Origin: Bacillota bacterium
GTDB lineage: Bacteria > Bacillota > Clostridia > Saccharofermentanales > UBA5734
Length of the DNA: 49,614 nt
Direction: 5' to 3'
Assembly: GCA_033549405.1 (NCBI GenBank)
Contig: JAWSUP010000001.1
Coordinates: 1-49,614 of the forward strand
In this document: piece by piece, positions 27,793 to 36,857 of the stretch
Numbering within the stretch: position 1 is the first letter of the stretch
Layout: every line of letters starts with the position of its first letter
Notes under the pieces: model-generated
Seen by the model: the letters and a program-made list of their open reading frames with translations, nothing else
What the model was told of the DNA's origin: nothing
Database searches by the model: none
Made by a program: the position numbers and the translations under genes

Positions 27793-28641
27793 TCAGCCAA
27801 AGATCGATTGCAGAGCGCCTGCAGCGCTATGCAGCATCGGATATAAAAACAAAATCATGAGCGGGACCAGTCCGCCTGCCACAGTCAGTGTCAGGAAAGT
27901 GCGGATTCGCCGTGTTTCTTCCTGCATCAGGCCAAACGTGCGCGCAAACAGCAGCTCTTCCATACGAACCATGCTTTTTCCGGCCACACCCGACTGCAGA
28001 CACTGATGTACATGGACGGACAAAAGGTCGCAGTCCTGGCTGTGGAACAGCCGACGCAGGACATCAAATGCACGGTCACTGTCGAGCGTAACCTCGTAGA
28101 TGGCAGTAAACTGCACCAGAGCCGGGTAAACCACAGGATCACGAACCGCTGTGGAGAGCCCCCGCAAAGCATCGGTTGCGGCGACACCTGACGATATCTG
28201 TCCATCAAGAAAGCGGTAGATTTTATACAGACTGCGGACGAACGCCTTTTTGCGCTCACTGGCTCTGCGTCGCAGCATGCGGTTGACCAGAACCGCCAGT
28301 AACACGGACCCGGCGAGTGTCTGCAGATTCTGTGTGCCGCTAAGCAAGCCAAAGATGAGGATCAATCCCGGGATACCGCATTGAATCAGAAGATAGATTT
28401 TCAATGCCACAGTCCGTGTGAAGCCTGCCTGGTTCAACTGGCAGCGGCTTTTGTCGACCAGGACGGATAACACTTTGGCAAACCGGCTCTTCTTCCTATG
28501 CAATGGCAGATGCTGATGCCGGCTCAGCGCAGCCTGGGACAGCTGACGGTTTATCCGGCAAGCCAGTACCGGCAAGAGCAAATAGAGGCAGGCAGCTGCG
28601 ATGACGGTAACAGTCAAGATTGTCCAGATATGCATATGCAT
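27793..28641 (-). CDS. tadC: type II secretion system F family protein (TadC-like)
   Basis: TM-flanked T2SSF-type helical domain. Position follows TadB. Confidence 0.62.
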   Translation of the reverse strand: MHMHIWTILTVTVIAAACLYLLLPVLACRINRQLSQAALSRHQHLPLHRKKSRFAKVLSVLVDKSRCQLNQAGFTRTVALKIYLLIQCGIPGLILIFGLLSGTQNLQTLAGSVLLAVLVNRMLRRRASERKKAFVRSLYKIYRFLDGQISSGVAATDALRGLSTAVRDPVVYPALVQFTAIYEVTLDSDRAFDVLRRLFHSQDCDLLSVHVHQCLQSGVAGKSMVRMEELLFARTFGLMQEETRRIRTFLTLTVAGGLVPLMILFLYPMLHSAAGALQSIFG

Positions 28642-28657
28642 CCTTTCTGTTGACCCC

Positions 28658-29236
28658 TTAATCGTTTATCTTCTTCTGGATCAGAATAAAGGTGACAACG
28701 GATAAAAGATAAATAACTGTTCCTGCACCTGCCAGTGCCAGACCAGGACCAGTTTGGACAAAGAGTCGACTGCCGGCTGGATTTCCCCACAAACGCAGTG
28801 CGCAACAGATCGGCACCGCGATCATAATGATCGCCGTAACTGTTCGGTCGTGCGCATTGGAAAGTTTGCGCCGGGTATATTCTTCCTCGATCCGGTTCAT
28901 CTGCCATTCGAGATGCTCCAGCAGAGATGGCAGGTCGCCCCGGTAATGCAGGTTGAAACGTATGGAGGCGACAAAATCCTGAAAATGTTCGTGCTCAAGG
29001 CTTTTCTGCATCAGATCCAGAGCCTGGTCTATGGCCATGCCGCCGCGCACGCGGGTCAGGAACGCCTCAATGACCGATCTGAGCGGTTGATCCAATCCAC
29101 CGTCTATACACTTTTGAAAAGCATAGAGCAGGTCTTCACGCACCTGGCACCAGCGGTTCATTGAACTGAGCAATTGCAGGGTCTGTTTGCGGATCTTGCC
29201 CGATCTGCCAAATGCACTCCAGATCATAATGTTCAT
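28658..29236 (-). CDS. tadB: type II secretion system F family protein (TadB-like)
   Basis: LLYAFQKCIDGGLDQPLRSVIEAFLTRVRGGMAIDQALDLM (T2SSF-like) plus C-terminal TMs. GGGAGGAAG precedes the ATG at 29236, which gives a 101-nt overlap with tadA. Confidence 0.55.
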   Translation of the reverse strand: MNIMIWSAFGRSGKIRKQTLQLLSSMNRWCQVREDLLYAFQKCIDGGLDQPLRSVIEAFLTRVRGGMAIDQALDLMQKSLEHEHFQDFVASIRFNLHYRGDLPSLLEHLEWQMNRIEEEYTRRKLSNAHDRTVTAIIMIAVPICCALRLWGNPAGSRLFVQTGPGLALAGAGTVIYLLSVVTFILIQKKIND

Positions 29237-30440
29237 CTTCCTCCCGATAGCCGTGCACGGCCAGGATCTCGCAGATCTTGAAATCGCGCAGGCAGATAAT
29301 CAGGTCCATGCAGCGGCCGATCATCCGCCGCAGCGTCTCATCCGCTTCGCCCCGCGATACCGGTCGGGCCAGGGCGAGCAGGCGGTCGGGAACATCAGCT
29401 GCCCGGTCTGCGTGGATTGTAGCCAGGCAACGATGTCCGGAGAAGGCCGCACTGATGAAGGCCATTGCTTCGTCACCGACGATTTCTCCAACGCAGTAAG
29501 TGTCCAGCGACATGGTCAGGCCGTCGCGCACCAGATCGAGCAGGCTGACCGGCCGGCCGCCCTCATAGGGTTTCTTGATGCGCTGCTGCAGACAGCAAGG
29601 CTTTTCAGGATACAGTTCACTATCGCTTTCAGCGATCAGGACGCGTTCGAGTTCGGGCAGCTCTTCGATGAAAGCGCGCAGTAAGGTCGTTTTGCCGGCC
29701 GCCCCCTTGCCGCAGAACAAAACAGTCCGGTCAGAAGCAGCCCAGTCCCGCAGCATGGCGGCAATCTTATGGTTCAACATGCCGACAGTGACCAGGTCAG
29801 CGAGGCGCAGTGATTTCCGACTGTGTTTCCGGATGCTGATCGCAGGATACCGGATGCTGCGTGGCGGTACAGTTACATTGATGCGCAGGCGATATTGATC
29901 ATCAGTGACACGGCAATGACTGTCATTTTCATTGATGACACCACCGTTTCTGATAATCAATAAACGGCAGAATGCGTCGTATGAGCGTTCATCGGGAAAC
30001 GCGAGTGACAGGGCACGCCTGGTTCCGCCGGTTTTGATCGTAAATGCAGTCGGTCCGATCCCGTCGATATCGGATATAGTCTCGTCTGCAACATAGGGCT
30101 GCAGGGGTCCATACCCGAATAAAAAGTCCATGACCTGCTGCTGCAGGTCCCTGCGGAAGAATCCGGCCCTGACACTGACCTGTTCAGCCGTCCGCGCGAT
30201 CAGGTCCAGCAAAACCTGCCTGGGAACCTGGCGGGCGGCAACCCCTGCTACAGTTGCCGCGTCTGTCTGCAGAATCTGGCTGCAAATTGTGGCTACCAGC
30301 TCCTGCAGATCCGGTGCAGCCGGTTCACTGTGCTCAGGGTTGTCATCGTCCTGGAGCAACAAGCCCAATGTCATCTGGTCCTCGAGCCTGTATTGCTTCA
30401 GCTTTTCAGATAACAAGGCGTGCGATTGAACAACTGGCAT
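29136..30440 (-). CDS. tadA: CpaF/TadA family type IV pilus/secretion ATPase
   Basis: Walker A FCGKGAAGKTTLL, Walker B/Asp box LIAESDSEL, and a His box region (CLATIHA). Confidence 0.88.
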   Translation of the reverse strand: MPVVQSHALLSEKLKQYRLEDQMTLGLLLQDDDNPEHSEPAAPDLQELVATICSQILQTDAATVAGVAARQVPRQVLLDLIARTAEQVSVRAGFFRRDLQQQVMDFLFGYGPLQPYVADETISDIDGIGPTAFTIKTGGTRRALSLAFPDERSYDAFCRLLIIRNGGVINENDSHCRVTDDQYRLRINVTVPPRSIRYPAISIRKHSRKSLRLADLVTVGMLNHKIAAMLRDWAASDRTVLFCGKGAAGKTTLLRAFIEELPELERVLIAESDSELYPEKPCCLQQRIKKPYEGGRPVSLLDLVRDGLTMSLDTYCVGEIVGDEAMAFISAAFSGHRCLATIHADRAADVPDRLLALARPVSRGEADETLRRMIGRCMDLIICLRDFKICEILAVHGYREEDEHYDLECIWQIGQDPQTDPAIAQFNEPLVPGA

Positions 30441-30441
30441 G

Positions 30442-32094
30442 TCAATCTCCTTTTCTCTCCTGACGCAACAAGTCGAACTGCGCGATCAGTGATCTGTACT
30501 CCTTTTTATTGGCATCACTCAGGCAGGCAGCGTATGGAACAGCGCCACAGCCGCGCAAACGCCTTTGCCGCTGTTCAGAAATTACACCTGCCAGGCGTCC
30601 GTCACTGAGTTCATTCATGGTTCCCCTGCTGAGATCGGTCTGCTTGTTGTAGGGAAAGGCAACAAAAGCGAGCCGGTTCTGCTCCAGATAATTCCTGGCA
30701 GATAAAAACTCCAGAGATCGTTTGACTTCGCGAAATGAGCCGACATCTCCCGCCAGCGGGATGACGACTTTGTCAGCGGCCAACAGGCACAGACAGGTGA
30801 ATGCGTCAAATACACTGCGGGTACAGAGCACAATGACCAGATCGGCAATCAACCGCGCCCATTTGAGCGTTTGATGAAGTGAGTCCAGATGACAATATTC
30901 ATAGTCATCCAGCTGATTCGTGCAATCAAGCAGCCTGACCCGGGAAACGCTGGTGTCTCTGGCCAGTGTCGTGAGCAGCTGTGGTGTTAAGCGCCCCTGC
31001 TGTTCTGCCTGCATGGCCAGATCGAGACCGTTCAGCCGAATTTTTGACTGATCACGATAAAACCGATGGGGATGACCCAGCAGCAAGTCAGCCCGCGGGT
31101 TCAAGAGATTGGCGTCGATGACCAGAACCGAGTGTCGTTCAGCCAGAACCGCTGCCAGCTCGCAGCCGCAGGCTGCGCCATCCCAGACACAGAGCAACGG
31201 CGCCGGCAAACGCTCTTCGCGGACTTGTCCGTCTGCAGCACCTTTTGCACTGATCTGCACCCCTGACTGTCCGTCTTGCTGCACCCCTTTGTCGTCTATT
31301 TTCAGGTCGCACGCGTTATCAGTCTGTTCGATTTTCAACTGATCGTAAATCATTTTCAGATCACTGATCAGCGCGTCTGCCTGGTTGTAGCGCATGGCCG
31401 GATCTGAGTGCAGGCATTTGCCGATCAAGGTCTGCAGTGCTGCAGGTTGGCCCGAAACACTGGCGCTAAGCGGTTTGTCACGGCACTCTTCAGGCTTTTT
31501 GCCGGTCAACAGCACCAGCATGACCAGTCCCAGCGCAAACAGGTCGCTGCCAGGGCAAGGTGTTCCTGCCACCAGTTCCGGTGCGGCATAATTCATCGTC
31601 ATTGCCTGTTTACCTTTGAGCGGACCGGAGCATTCCCGGCCGTCCAGGAGACGGGCCGCGCCAAAATCGATCAGGCCGACATCACTTTGCCGGTCAACAA
31701 TCAGGTTGGCAGGTTTGATGTCCAGATGGACCAGGGGGAATTCCCTCTGCAAGTGGAGATACGACAGCATTTGCGACCATTGGATCATCCAGGGCAGCCA
31801 TACGCCGGGGTCGATGCCACCTGGATTATGGTTGATCGTATCTGTCAGCGGCACCCCATTAATGTATTCAAAAATACAATACGCCGTGCCATCCTCGTCA
31901 ACGGTCTGTCCCAGGCAGCGGGGTATGCCGGCATGCCAGACATCAGCCAACTGCTCCGGAACAGCCGGATCGACAAACGACACAATCGGCTTATGTACAT
32001 ACCGCATGCCGTCCTGGATATCCCGGACCAGACAGCCGCTGCACAACCGCGTTTCAAGTTCATATCTTGTCCGATCGATGGTTGCCAAAGCCAT
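30442..32094 (-). CDS. fusion protein: N-terminal Ser/Thr protein kinase-like domain plus C-terminal TadZ/CpaE (ParA/MinD-fold) domain lacking Walker A
   Basis: Kinase motifs HLDIKPANLIV, IDFGAA, YAAPELV and SDLFALGLVM. The C-terminal half reads LLCVWDGAACGCELAAVLA...VLVIDANLLNP...DLVIVLCTR...ADKVVIPL, which is ParA-like but has DGAACGCE where KGGxGK[ST] would be. Start set at MALATI (ATG 32092-32094, AGGAG 8 nt upstream). Upstream of that, the ORF track's TTG-initiated extension runs through a terminator hairpin. Confidence 0.7.
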   Translation of the reverse strand: MALATIDRTRYELETRLCSGCLVRDIQDGMRYVHKPIVSFVDPAVPEQLADVWHAGIPRCLGQTVDEDGTAYCIFEYINGVPLTDTINHNPGGIDPGVWLPWMIQWSQMLSYLHLQREFPLVHLDIKPANLIVDRQSDVGLIDFGAARLLDGRECSGPLKGKQAMTMNYAAPELVAGTPCPGSDLFALGLVMLVLLTGKKPEECRDKPLSASVSGQPAALQTLIGKCLHSDPAMRYNQADALISDLKMIYDQLKIEQTDNACDLKIDDKGVQQDGQSGVQISAKGAADGQVREERLPAPLLCVWDGAACGCELAAVLAERHSVLVIDANLLNPRADLLLGHPHRFYRDQSKIRLNGLDLAMQAEQQGRLTPQLLTTLARDTSVSRVRLLDCTNQLDDYEYCHLDSLHQTLKWARLIADLVIVLCTRSVFDAFTCLCLLAADKVVIPLAGDVGSFREVKRSLEFLSARNYLEQNRLAFVAFPYNKQTDLSRGTMNELSDGRLAGVISEQRQRRLRGCGAVPYAACLSDANKKEYRSLIAQFDLLRQERKGD

Positions 32095-32139
32095 GGTTGC
32101 TGCTCCTGTCCATATTTGTTCCGACAGAGACAAGCATAA

Positions 32140-32168
32140 CGAAAAAGAGCACCCCTGTGGGTGCTCTT
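32140..32168 (-). terminator. rho-independent terminator of clpX
   Basis: Minus strand: AGAGCACCC-ACAG-GGGTGCTCT followed by TTTTTCGTT. A second hairpin, CAGGAC-N6-GTCCTG, lies at 32191-32208. Confidence 0.75.
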
Positions 32169-32220
32169 CATGCGACAAAAGGCGACAAAACAGGACGTAA
32201 AGGTCCTGCCAGTCAATTGA

Positions 32221-33609
32221 TCAGGCTGTCTTTTCTGGCTTTAAGACAACCTCCGGCGGCTTTTTGTCTTTCACGCTGGTTTTGGTGATGATGCAGCGCG
32301 CGACATCGTCCCGTGAGGGCAGTTCGAACATGATGTCCATCATGATTTCTTCCAGGATCGAGCGGAGGCCACGCGCCCCTGTATTGCGCTCAAGTGCCTG
32401 GCGGGCGATTTCCTGGACAGCATCCGGGTCGAACGACAGTTCGACGCCATCGTAGTCAAAGAGTTTTTTGTACTGTTTGACCAAGGCATTGCGCGGTTCC
32501 TGGAGAATGCGCACCAGCATGTCCTCGGTCAAGCCTTCAAGCGGGACAATAACCGGCAGACGGCCGATGAACTCCGGTATCAGGCCGAATTTGAGCAAAT
32601 CCTGAGGCATGATGTCCGCCAGGATCTGACCGACATCCTTTTCCTTACGGCTCTCAACAATAGCGCCAAACCCGATTGATTTCTTTCCGGTCCGATTCTG
32701 GATGATTTTCTCCAGTCCGTCAAAAGCACCGCCGCAGATGAAGAGGATATGCGTTGTGTCAATCTGAATAAATTCCTGGTGTGGATGCTTGCGGCCACCC
32801 TGTGGCGGCACATTGGCAATCGAACTCTCCAGGATCTTCAGAAGCGCCTGTTGGACACCTTCACCGCTGACATCGCGGGTAATGGAGGGATTATCGGATT
32901 TGCGGGTAATCTTGTCAATTTCATCGATATAAATAATGCCGCGCTGTGCCCGTTCGATGTCAAAGTCAGCATTCTGGATCAGCTTGAGCAGAATGTTTTC
33001 GACATCCTCACCAACATAGCCGGCTTCGGTCAGCGCTGTTGCATCGGCAATGGCAAACGGCACGTCAAGAATTCTGGCCAAAGTCTGGGCCAGCAAAGTT
33101 TTACCGCTGCCGGTCGGTCCGATCAGCAGAATATTGCTTTTGGTCAGTTCGACCTCTTCCTCAGATGCTTTGCTGTTCTTTTTACTTTTACCCTGGTCCT
33201 TACCTGGTTTCTGCCCCGACACTGGCGGCGGGTTCTCGGCATAGACCCGCTTATAGTGGTTGTACACAGCAACAGCAAGGGCGCGCTTTGCCTTTTCCTG
33301 GCCGATCACATACTGGTCGAGAGCTTCTTTGATCCTGGCCGGTGACATCAATTCAATCGCTTTGTCCTGATCGGCTTGTTCGAAGCCCTGGTCATCGAGC
33401 CCCTCCTGCAAGATATCATCGCACAAGGCGACGCATTCATTACAGATAAAGACACCTGGCCCGGCGATCAGGCGGGCGACCTGCCGATCAGTCTTGCCGC
33501 AGAACGAGCAGCTTACCGGCGTGTACAGCTCATCGCTGTCACCGGGACGTTTACCACCGGTTTTGCTGCCGCGGCTGCCGCTTTTACCTTTGTTGTTTCC
33601 ATCTGCCAT
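32221..33609 (-). CDS. clpX: ATP-dependent Clp protease ATP-binding subunit ClpX
   Basis: CSFCGK...CNEC zinc finger, GPTGSGKT Walker A, and IIYIDEIDK. Confidence 0.96.
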   Translation of the reverse strand: MADGNNKGKSGSRGSKTGGKRPGDSDELYTPVSCSFCGKTDRQVARLIAGPGVFICNECVALCDDILQEGLDDQGFEQADQDKAIELMSPARIKEALDQYVIGQEKAKRALAVAVYNHYKRVYAENPPPVSGQKPGKDQGKSKKNSKASEEEVELTKSNILLIGPTGSGKTLLAQTLARILDVPFAIADATALTEAGYVGEDVENILLKLIQNADFDIERAQRGIIYIDEIDKITRKSDNPSITRDVSGEGVQQALLKILESSIANVPPQGGRKHPHQEFIQIDTTHILFICGGAFDGLEKIIQNRTGKKSIGFGAIVESRKEKDVGQILADIMPQDLLKFGLIPEFIGRLPVIVPLEGLTEDMLVRILQEPRNALVKQYKKLFDYDGVELSFDPDAVQEIARQALERNTGARGLRSILEEIMMDIMFELPSRDDVARCIITKTSVKDKKPPEVVLKPEKTA

Positions 33610-33611
33610 GA

Positions 33612-34196
33612 TCAGACCCTCTTATCCATGACCTGGTCGATAATGCCATAGGAGATGGCTTCTTCTACAGTCATCCAATTATCCCGCTCGGTATCGAGGG
33701 CAACCTTTTCAAGGGGCTGCTTGCAGCGTTCGGCCAGGATTTTGTTCAGGCGCTCGCGCATGCGGATGATATGTTCGGCGGCGATGCGGATGTCAGATGC
33801 CTGACCCTGGGCTCCGCCTGATGGCTGGTGGATCATGATTTCAGCGTTGGGCAAAGCAAAGCGCTTGCCCGGCGTACCTGCGGCAAGCAGGAATGCGCCC
33901 ATGCTGGCGGCCATGCCCATGCAGATCGTCTGCACGTCAGCCTTGATGTACTGCATGGTATCGTAGATCATGAGTCCGGAAGAAACCTCTCCGCCGGGGC
34001 TGTTGATGTAGAGTTGAATATCTTTGTCCGGATCCTCAGCTTCCAGAAACAGAAGCTGGGCCGTTATCAGGCTGGCAGTGACCGAGTTAACCTCGTCGCT
34101 GAGAATAATGATCCGCTCTTTGAGCAGCCGGGAAAAAATGTCATAAGATCGCTCGCCGCGATTCGTCTGTTCAACGACAATTGGTACGAGGCTCAT
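33612..34196 (-). CDS. clpP: ATP-dependent Clp protease proteolytic subunit
   Basis: [30 protein letters not shown], catalytic GMAASMG, and IMIHQP. Start set at MSLVP. Confidence 0.94.
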   Translation of the reverse strand: MSLVPIVVEQTNRGERSYDIFSRLLKERIIILSDEVNSVTASLITAQLLFLEAEDPDKDIQLYINSPGGEVSSGLMIYDTMQYIKADVQTICMGMAASMGAFLLAAGTPGKRFALPNAEIMIHQPSGGAQGQASDIRIAAEHIIRMRERLNKILAERCKQPLEKVALDTERDNWMTVEEAISYGIIDQVMDKRV

Positions 34197-34290
34197 ATGC
34201 ATAGACTCCTTTCCTGAAATGGCAGGTGCCACCATCGGTACACCTTGCTTATGGGCTGATTTCTGACCAGTCATTCTGGACTTCTCCTGA

Positions 34291-35706
34291 TCAGTCTTTC
34301 TGCGTGGCGTCAGTTGCTGCTACTGGCTCAGTTGCCGCTTCAGCTTCTGGCACAATTACTTCATCTGAACCGGTCACTTCCTTTGCCTCGACCGGATCTT
34401 CTGCAAGTTCCGGCGGCGGTGCTACAGGAATCGCTTTAGCAACGAGCAATTCGACGGTTTTCCTGCGGATGATCGTTTCCGTGACGAAATTGTCTTTCTC
34501 ATCGGTGATCCGGGATTTGATATCTTCGGCTTTCATGTTATACGTGGTGGCCATTTTCTCAATCTCGGCTTCAATCTCTTCCTCAGATGCCGCAACAGCC
34601 TCTTCTTTGGCTATTTTTTCCAGAACAAGGCGCGTGCGGACACGGTCCTCGGCCGGCTCATGCATCTGCTCTTTAAAGGTATCGATGGTCTGGCCCATAT
34701 AACTGAGGTACTGTTCCAGTTCAAATCCCTGGTAACGCATCTGGTTACGCTGTTCTTCGATCATCTGCTCAATCTCATGGTCAACCATTATATGCGGAAT
34801 GTCAACTGTCGCGTTGGCGGCAACAGCCTTGATGACATTCTCTTCGAAGATGCCGTTGGCACGGTTTACTGCATTGGTCTCCTGCTTTTTGCGCAGGTCT
34901 TCTTTATATGCGTCCAGGGTCTCGAATTCGCTGACATCCTTGGCAAATTCGTCATCGAGCTCCGGCAGTTCAGTCATCTTGACCGAATTTATCGTCACAG
35001 CAAACGTCGCCTCTTTGCCGGCGAGCTCTTCGTTGCCGTATTCAGCGGGGAACTGGACCTGGATATCAAAAGACTCACCGCTGTTATGACCGATCATCTG
35101 CGCTTCGAATCCAGGGATAAAGGTGTTGGAACCAATTTTGAGGTCGTATGAAGCACCTTTTCCGCCCTCGAACGGCACACCATCGACGGAGCCTTCATAA
35201 TCGATATTGGCGGTATCACCATCCTGGATCGGACGGTCTTCCACAGGGATCATGCGGCTGTTGCGCTCCTGGACGCGTTTGAGTTCAGCTTCGATCGCGG
35301 CGTCTTCAACGGGGAATTCAGGCTTCACAGCTTCTACTTCAAGGTATTGACCCAAGGTCACTTCAGGCTTGACCGTCACTGTTACAGTGAATTTCAGTCC
35401 CTTTTCGCGCCCGATATCGACGATATCGATTTCCGGCTGCGATACCGGTTCGATGCCCTGCTCTTCAACGGCAGCGGCATAGGCCGGGTTGGCGGCAAAG
35501 TCAATGGCGTCTTCATACAAGACACCTTCGCCGTAATACTTGGTCACCAGGTTCATCGGTGCTTTGCCTTTACGAAAGCCGGGGATCATGAACCGGTTGA
35601 CATTCTTCCGAAACGAACGCTGCAGCGCTTCGCCAAATGCCTCGGGTGTTACATCAATGGTCAGCATGACCACATTATCTTCCTTTTTCTCCAGCACAGA
35701 AGCCAT
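34291..35706 (-). CDS. tig: trigger factor
   Basis: GFRKGKAP ribosome-binding loop and an FKBP-type middle domain. Start set at MASVLEKK, preceded by GGAGGAA. Carries an acidic/Ala-Pro C-terminal tail. Confidence 0.92.
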   Translation of the reverse strand: MASVLEKKEDNVVMLTIDVTPEAFGEALQRSFRKNVNRFMIPGFRKGKAPMNLVTKYYGEGVLYEDAIDFAANPAYAAAVEEQGIEPVSQPEIDIVDIGREKGLKFTVTVTVKPEVTLGQYLEVEAVKPEFPVEDAAIEAELKRVQERNSRMIPVEDRPIQDGDTANIDYEGSVDGVPFEGGKGASYDLKIGSNTFIPGFEAQMIGHNSGESFDIQVQFPAEYGNEELAGKEATFAVTINSVKMTELPELDDEFAKDVSEFETLDAYKEDLRKKQETNAVNRANGIFEENVIKAVAANATVDIPHIMVDHEIEQMIEEQRNQMRYQGFELEQYLSYMGQTIDTFKEQMHEPAEDRVRTRLVLEKIAKEEAVAASEEEIEAEIEKMATTYNMKAEDIKSRITDEKDNFVTETIIRRKTVELLVAKAIPVAPPPELAEDPVEAKEVTGSDEVIVPEAEAATEPVAATDATQKD

Positions 35707-35938
35707 TATCAATTTCCTCCCATACGACACATGCGTGCCTATCTTCCAAATGCTACAAAATTCTAACACAGCCATCTGGTCTTGTAAAGGAACACACGTG
35801 ACCGTAATCTGGACTTTTCCAGACTTTTTCGGCATATTTACGGTCTGTAAAAGATCACCTGGTCTTTTTCCCGCAGGATTGACGTGCTAAAATAGCTGTA
35901 TTGCGCTGACACATTGTGAGCGCGGGCAGGAGATCGGC

Positions 35939-36763
35939 ATGTCTGACTTGTTTTGGGTCTTGTATCGAACCATCGTAGCGGGCTTGTTCGGGCTCCTGAT
36001 CGGCAGTTTTCTCAACGTCTGCATCTATCGCCTGCCGCGCGGTGAAACAATCGCCAAAGGCCGCTCCTACTGTCCGCGCTGCCGTCATGAGCTGGCCGGC
36101 GCCGACCTGGTGCCGGTTTTCAGTTATCTCTTGCTGCATAAGCGCTGTCGCTACTGCAGTCAGCCTATTGCGCCACGATACGCACGCATTGAGTCCGTGA
36201 CCGGGATCTATTTCGCTCTGGCCGTCTGGCTCTGGGGCAACGGGCCGTTGTCACCGGCACAGGACGGACGCCCCGGGCTGTTTCTTGACTGGCCGGATCC
36301 TGTTTATAATGCAGCGGTGCTCTTTTGCATCTTACTCGCCTTCTGTGCGCTGCTGGTCTGGGCCATGATCCTTTTTGACCGGCAAATACCGCCGCGGGCA
36401 ATCTACTGGTTCATTGCGCTACCGGTCCTGGCCAGGCTCGCGCTGCAGCCGGATCGCCTGCTCCTGCATCTGGCAGCCGCCCTGTTCGCTGTGGCTTTCT
36501 GGTGGCTGATCCACATCCTGAACCTGATCCGCGAAGAAGACCGGCTCCGACGAAACCACATCACAGCAGGCTTTCTGTTGCTCGGGCTTATAACCGGCCT
36601 TTTTGTCATCCAGCCGGTCATGGCGATACTCCTGACCATGACGCTTCTCCAGATTCTCTGGCTCGATAAAAAGCAAGGCCGGTCAGAACAACTTCGATCA
36701 CTGATCAACGCGCTGCAACCGGTTGCAGTTCTGGTCGGGTTTGTATTTATGCTGTTCGGCTGA
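35939..36763 (+). CDS. A24-family prepilin peptidase-like membrane protein
   Basis: N-terminal LIGSFLNVCIYRLP and CPRC...CRYC zinc motif (DiS-P-DiS domain). A candidate first Asp lies in FDRQIPP. The canonical GxGD[VI]KL box is not recognisable. Confidence 0.68.
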   Translation: MSDLFWVLYRTIVAGLFGLLIGSFLNVCIYRLPRGETIAKGRSYCPRCRHELAGADLVPVFSYLLLHKRCRYCSQPIAPRYARIESVTGIYFALAVWLWGNGPLSPAQDGRPGLFLDWPDPVYNAAVLFCILLAFCALLVWAMILFDRQIPPRAIYWFIALPVLARLALQPDRLLLHLAAALFAVAFWWLIHILNLIREEDRLRRNHITAGFLLLGLITGLFVIQPVMAILLTMTLLQILWLDKKQGRSEQLRSLINALQPVAVLVGFVFMLFG

Positions 36764-36857
36764 ATGCGAACCAATCGTAACCAATTTTTAAGCCTGATAG
36801 GCACAGGCATGCAATATCCGTTATAATGAGCCAGATTCTCATTTAATCGCGAGGAGT

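Noticed and set aside
31408-32200. 243-aa and 194-aa plus-strand ORFs
   Set aside because: Antisense to the kinase domain, whose Hanks motifs are in the minus frame. Shadow ORFs.
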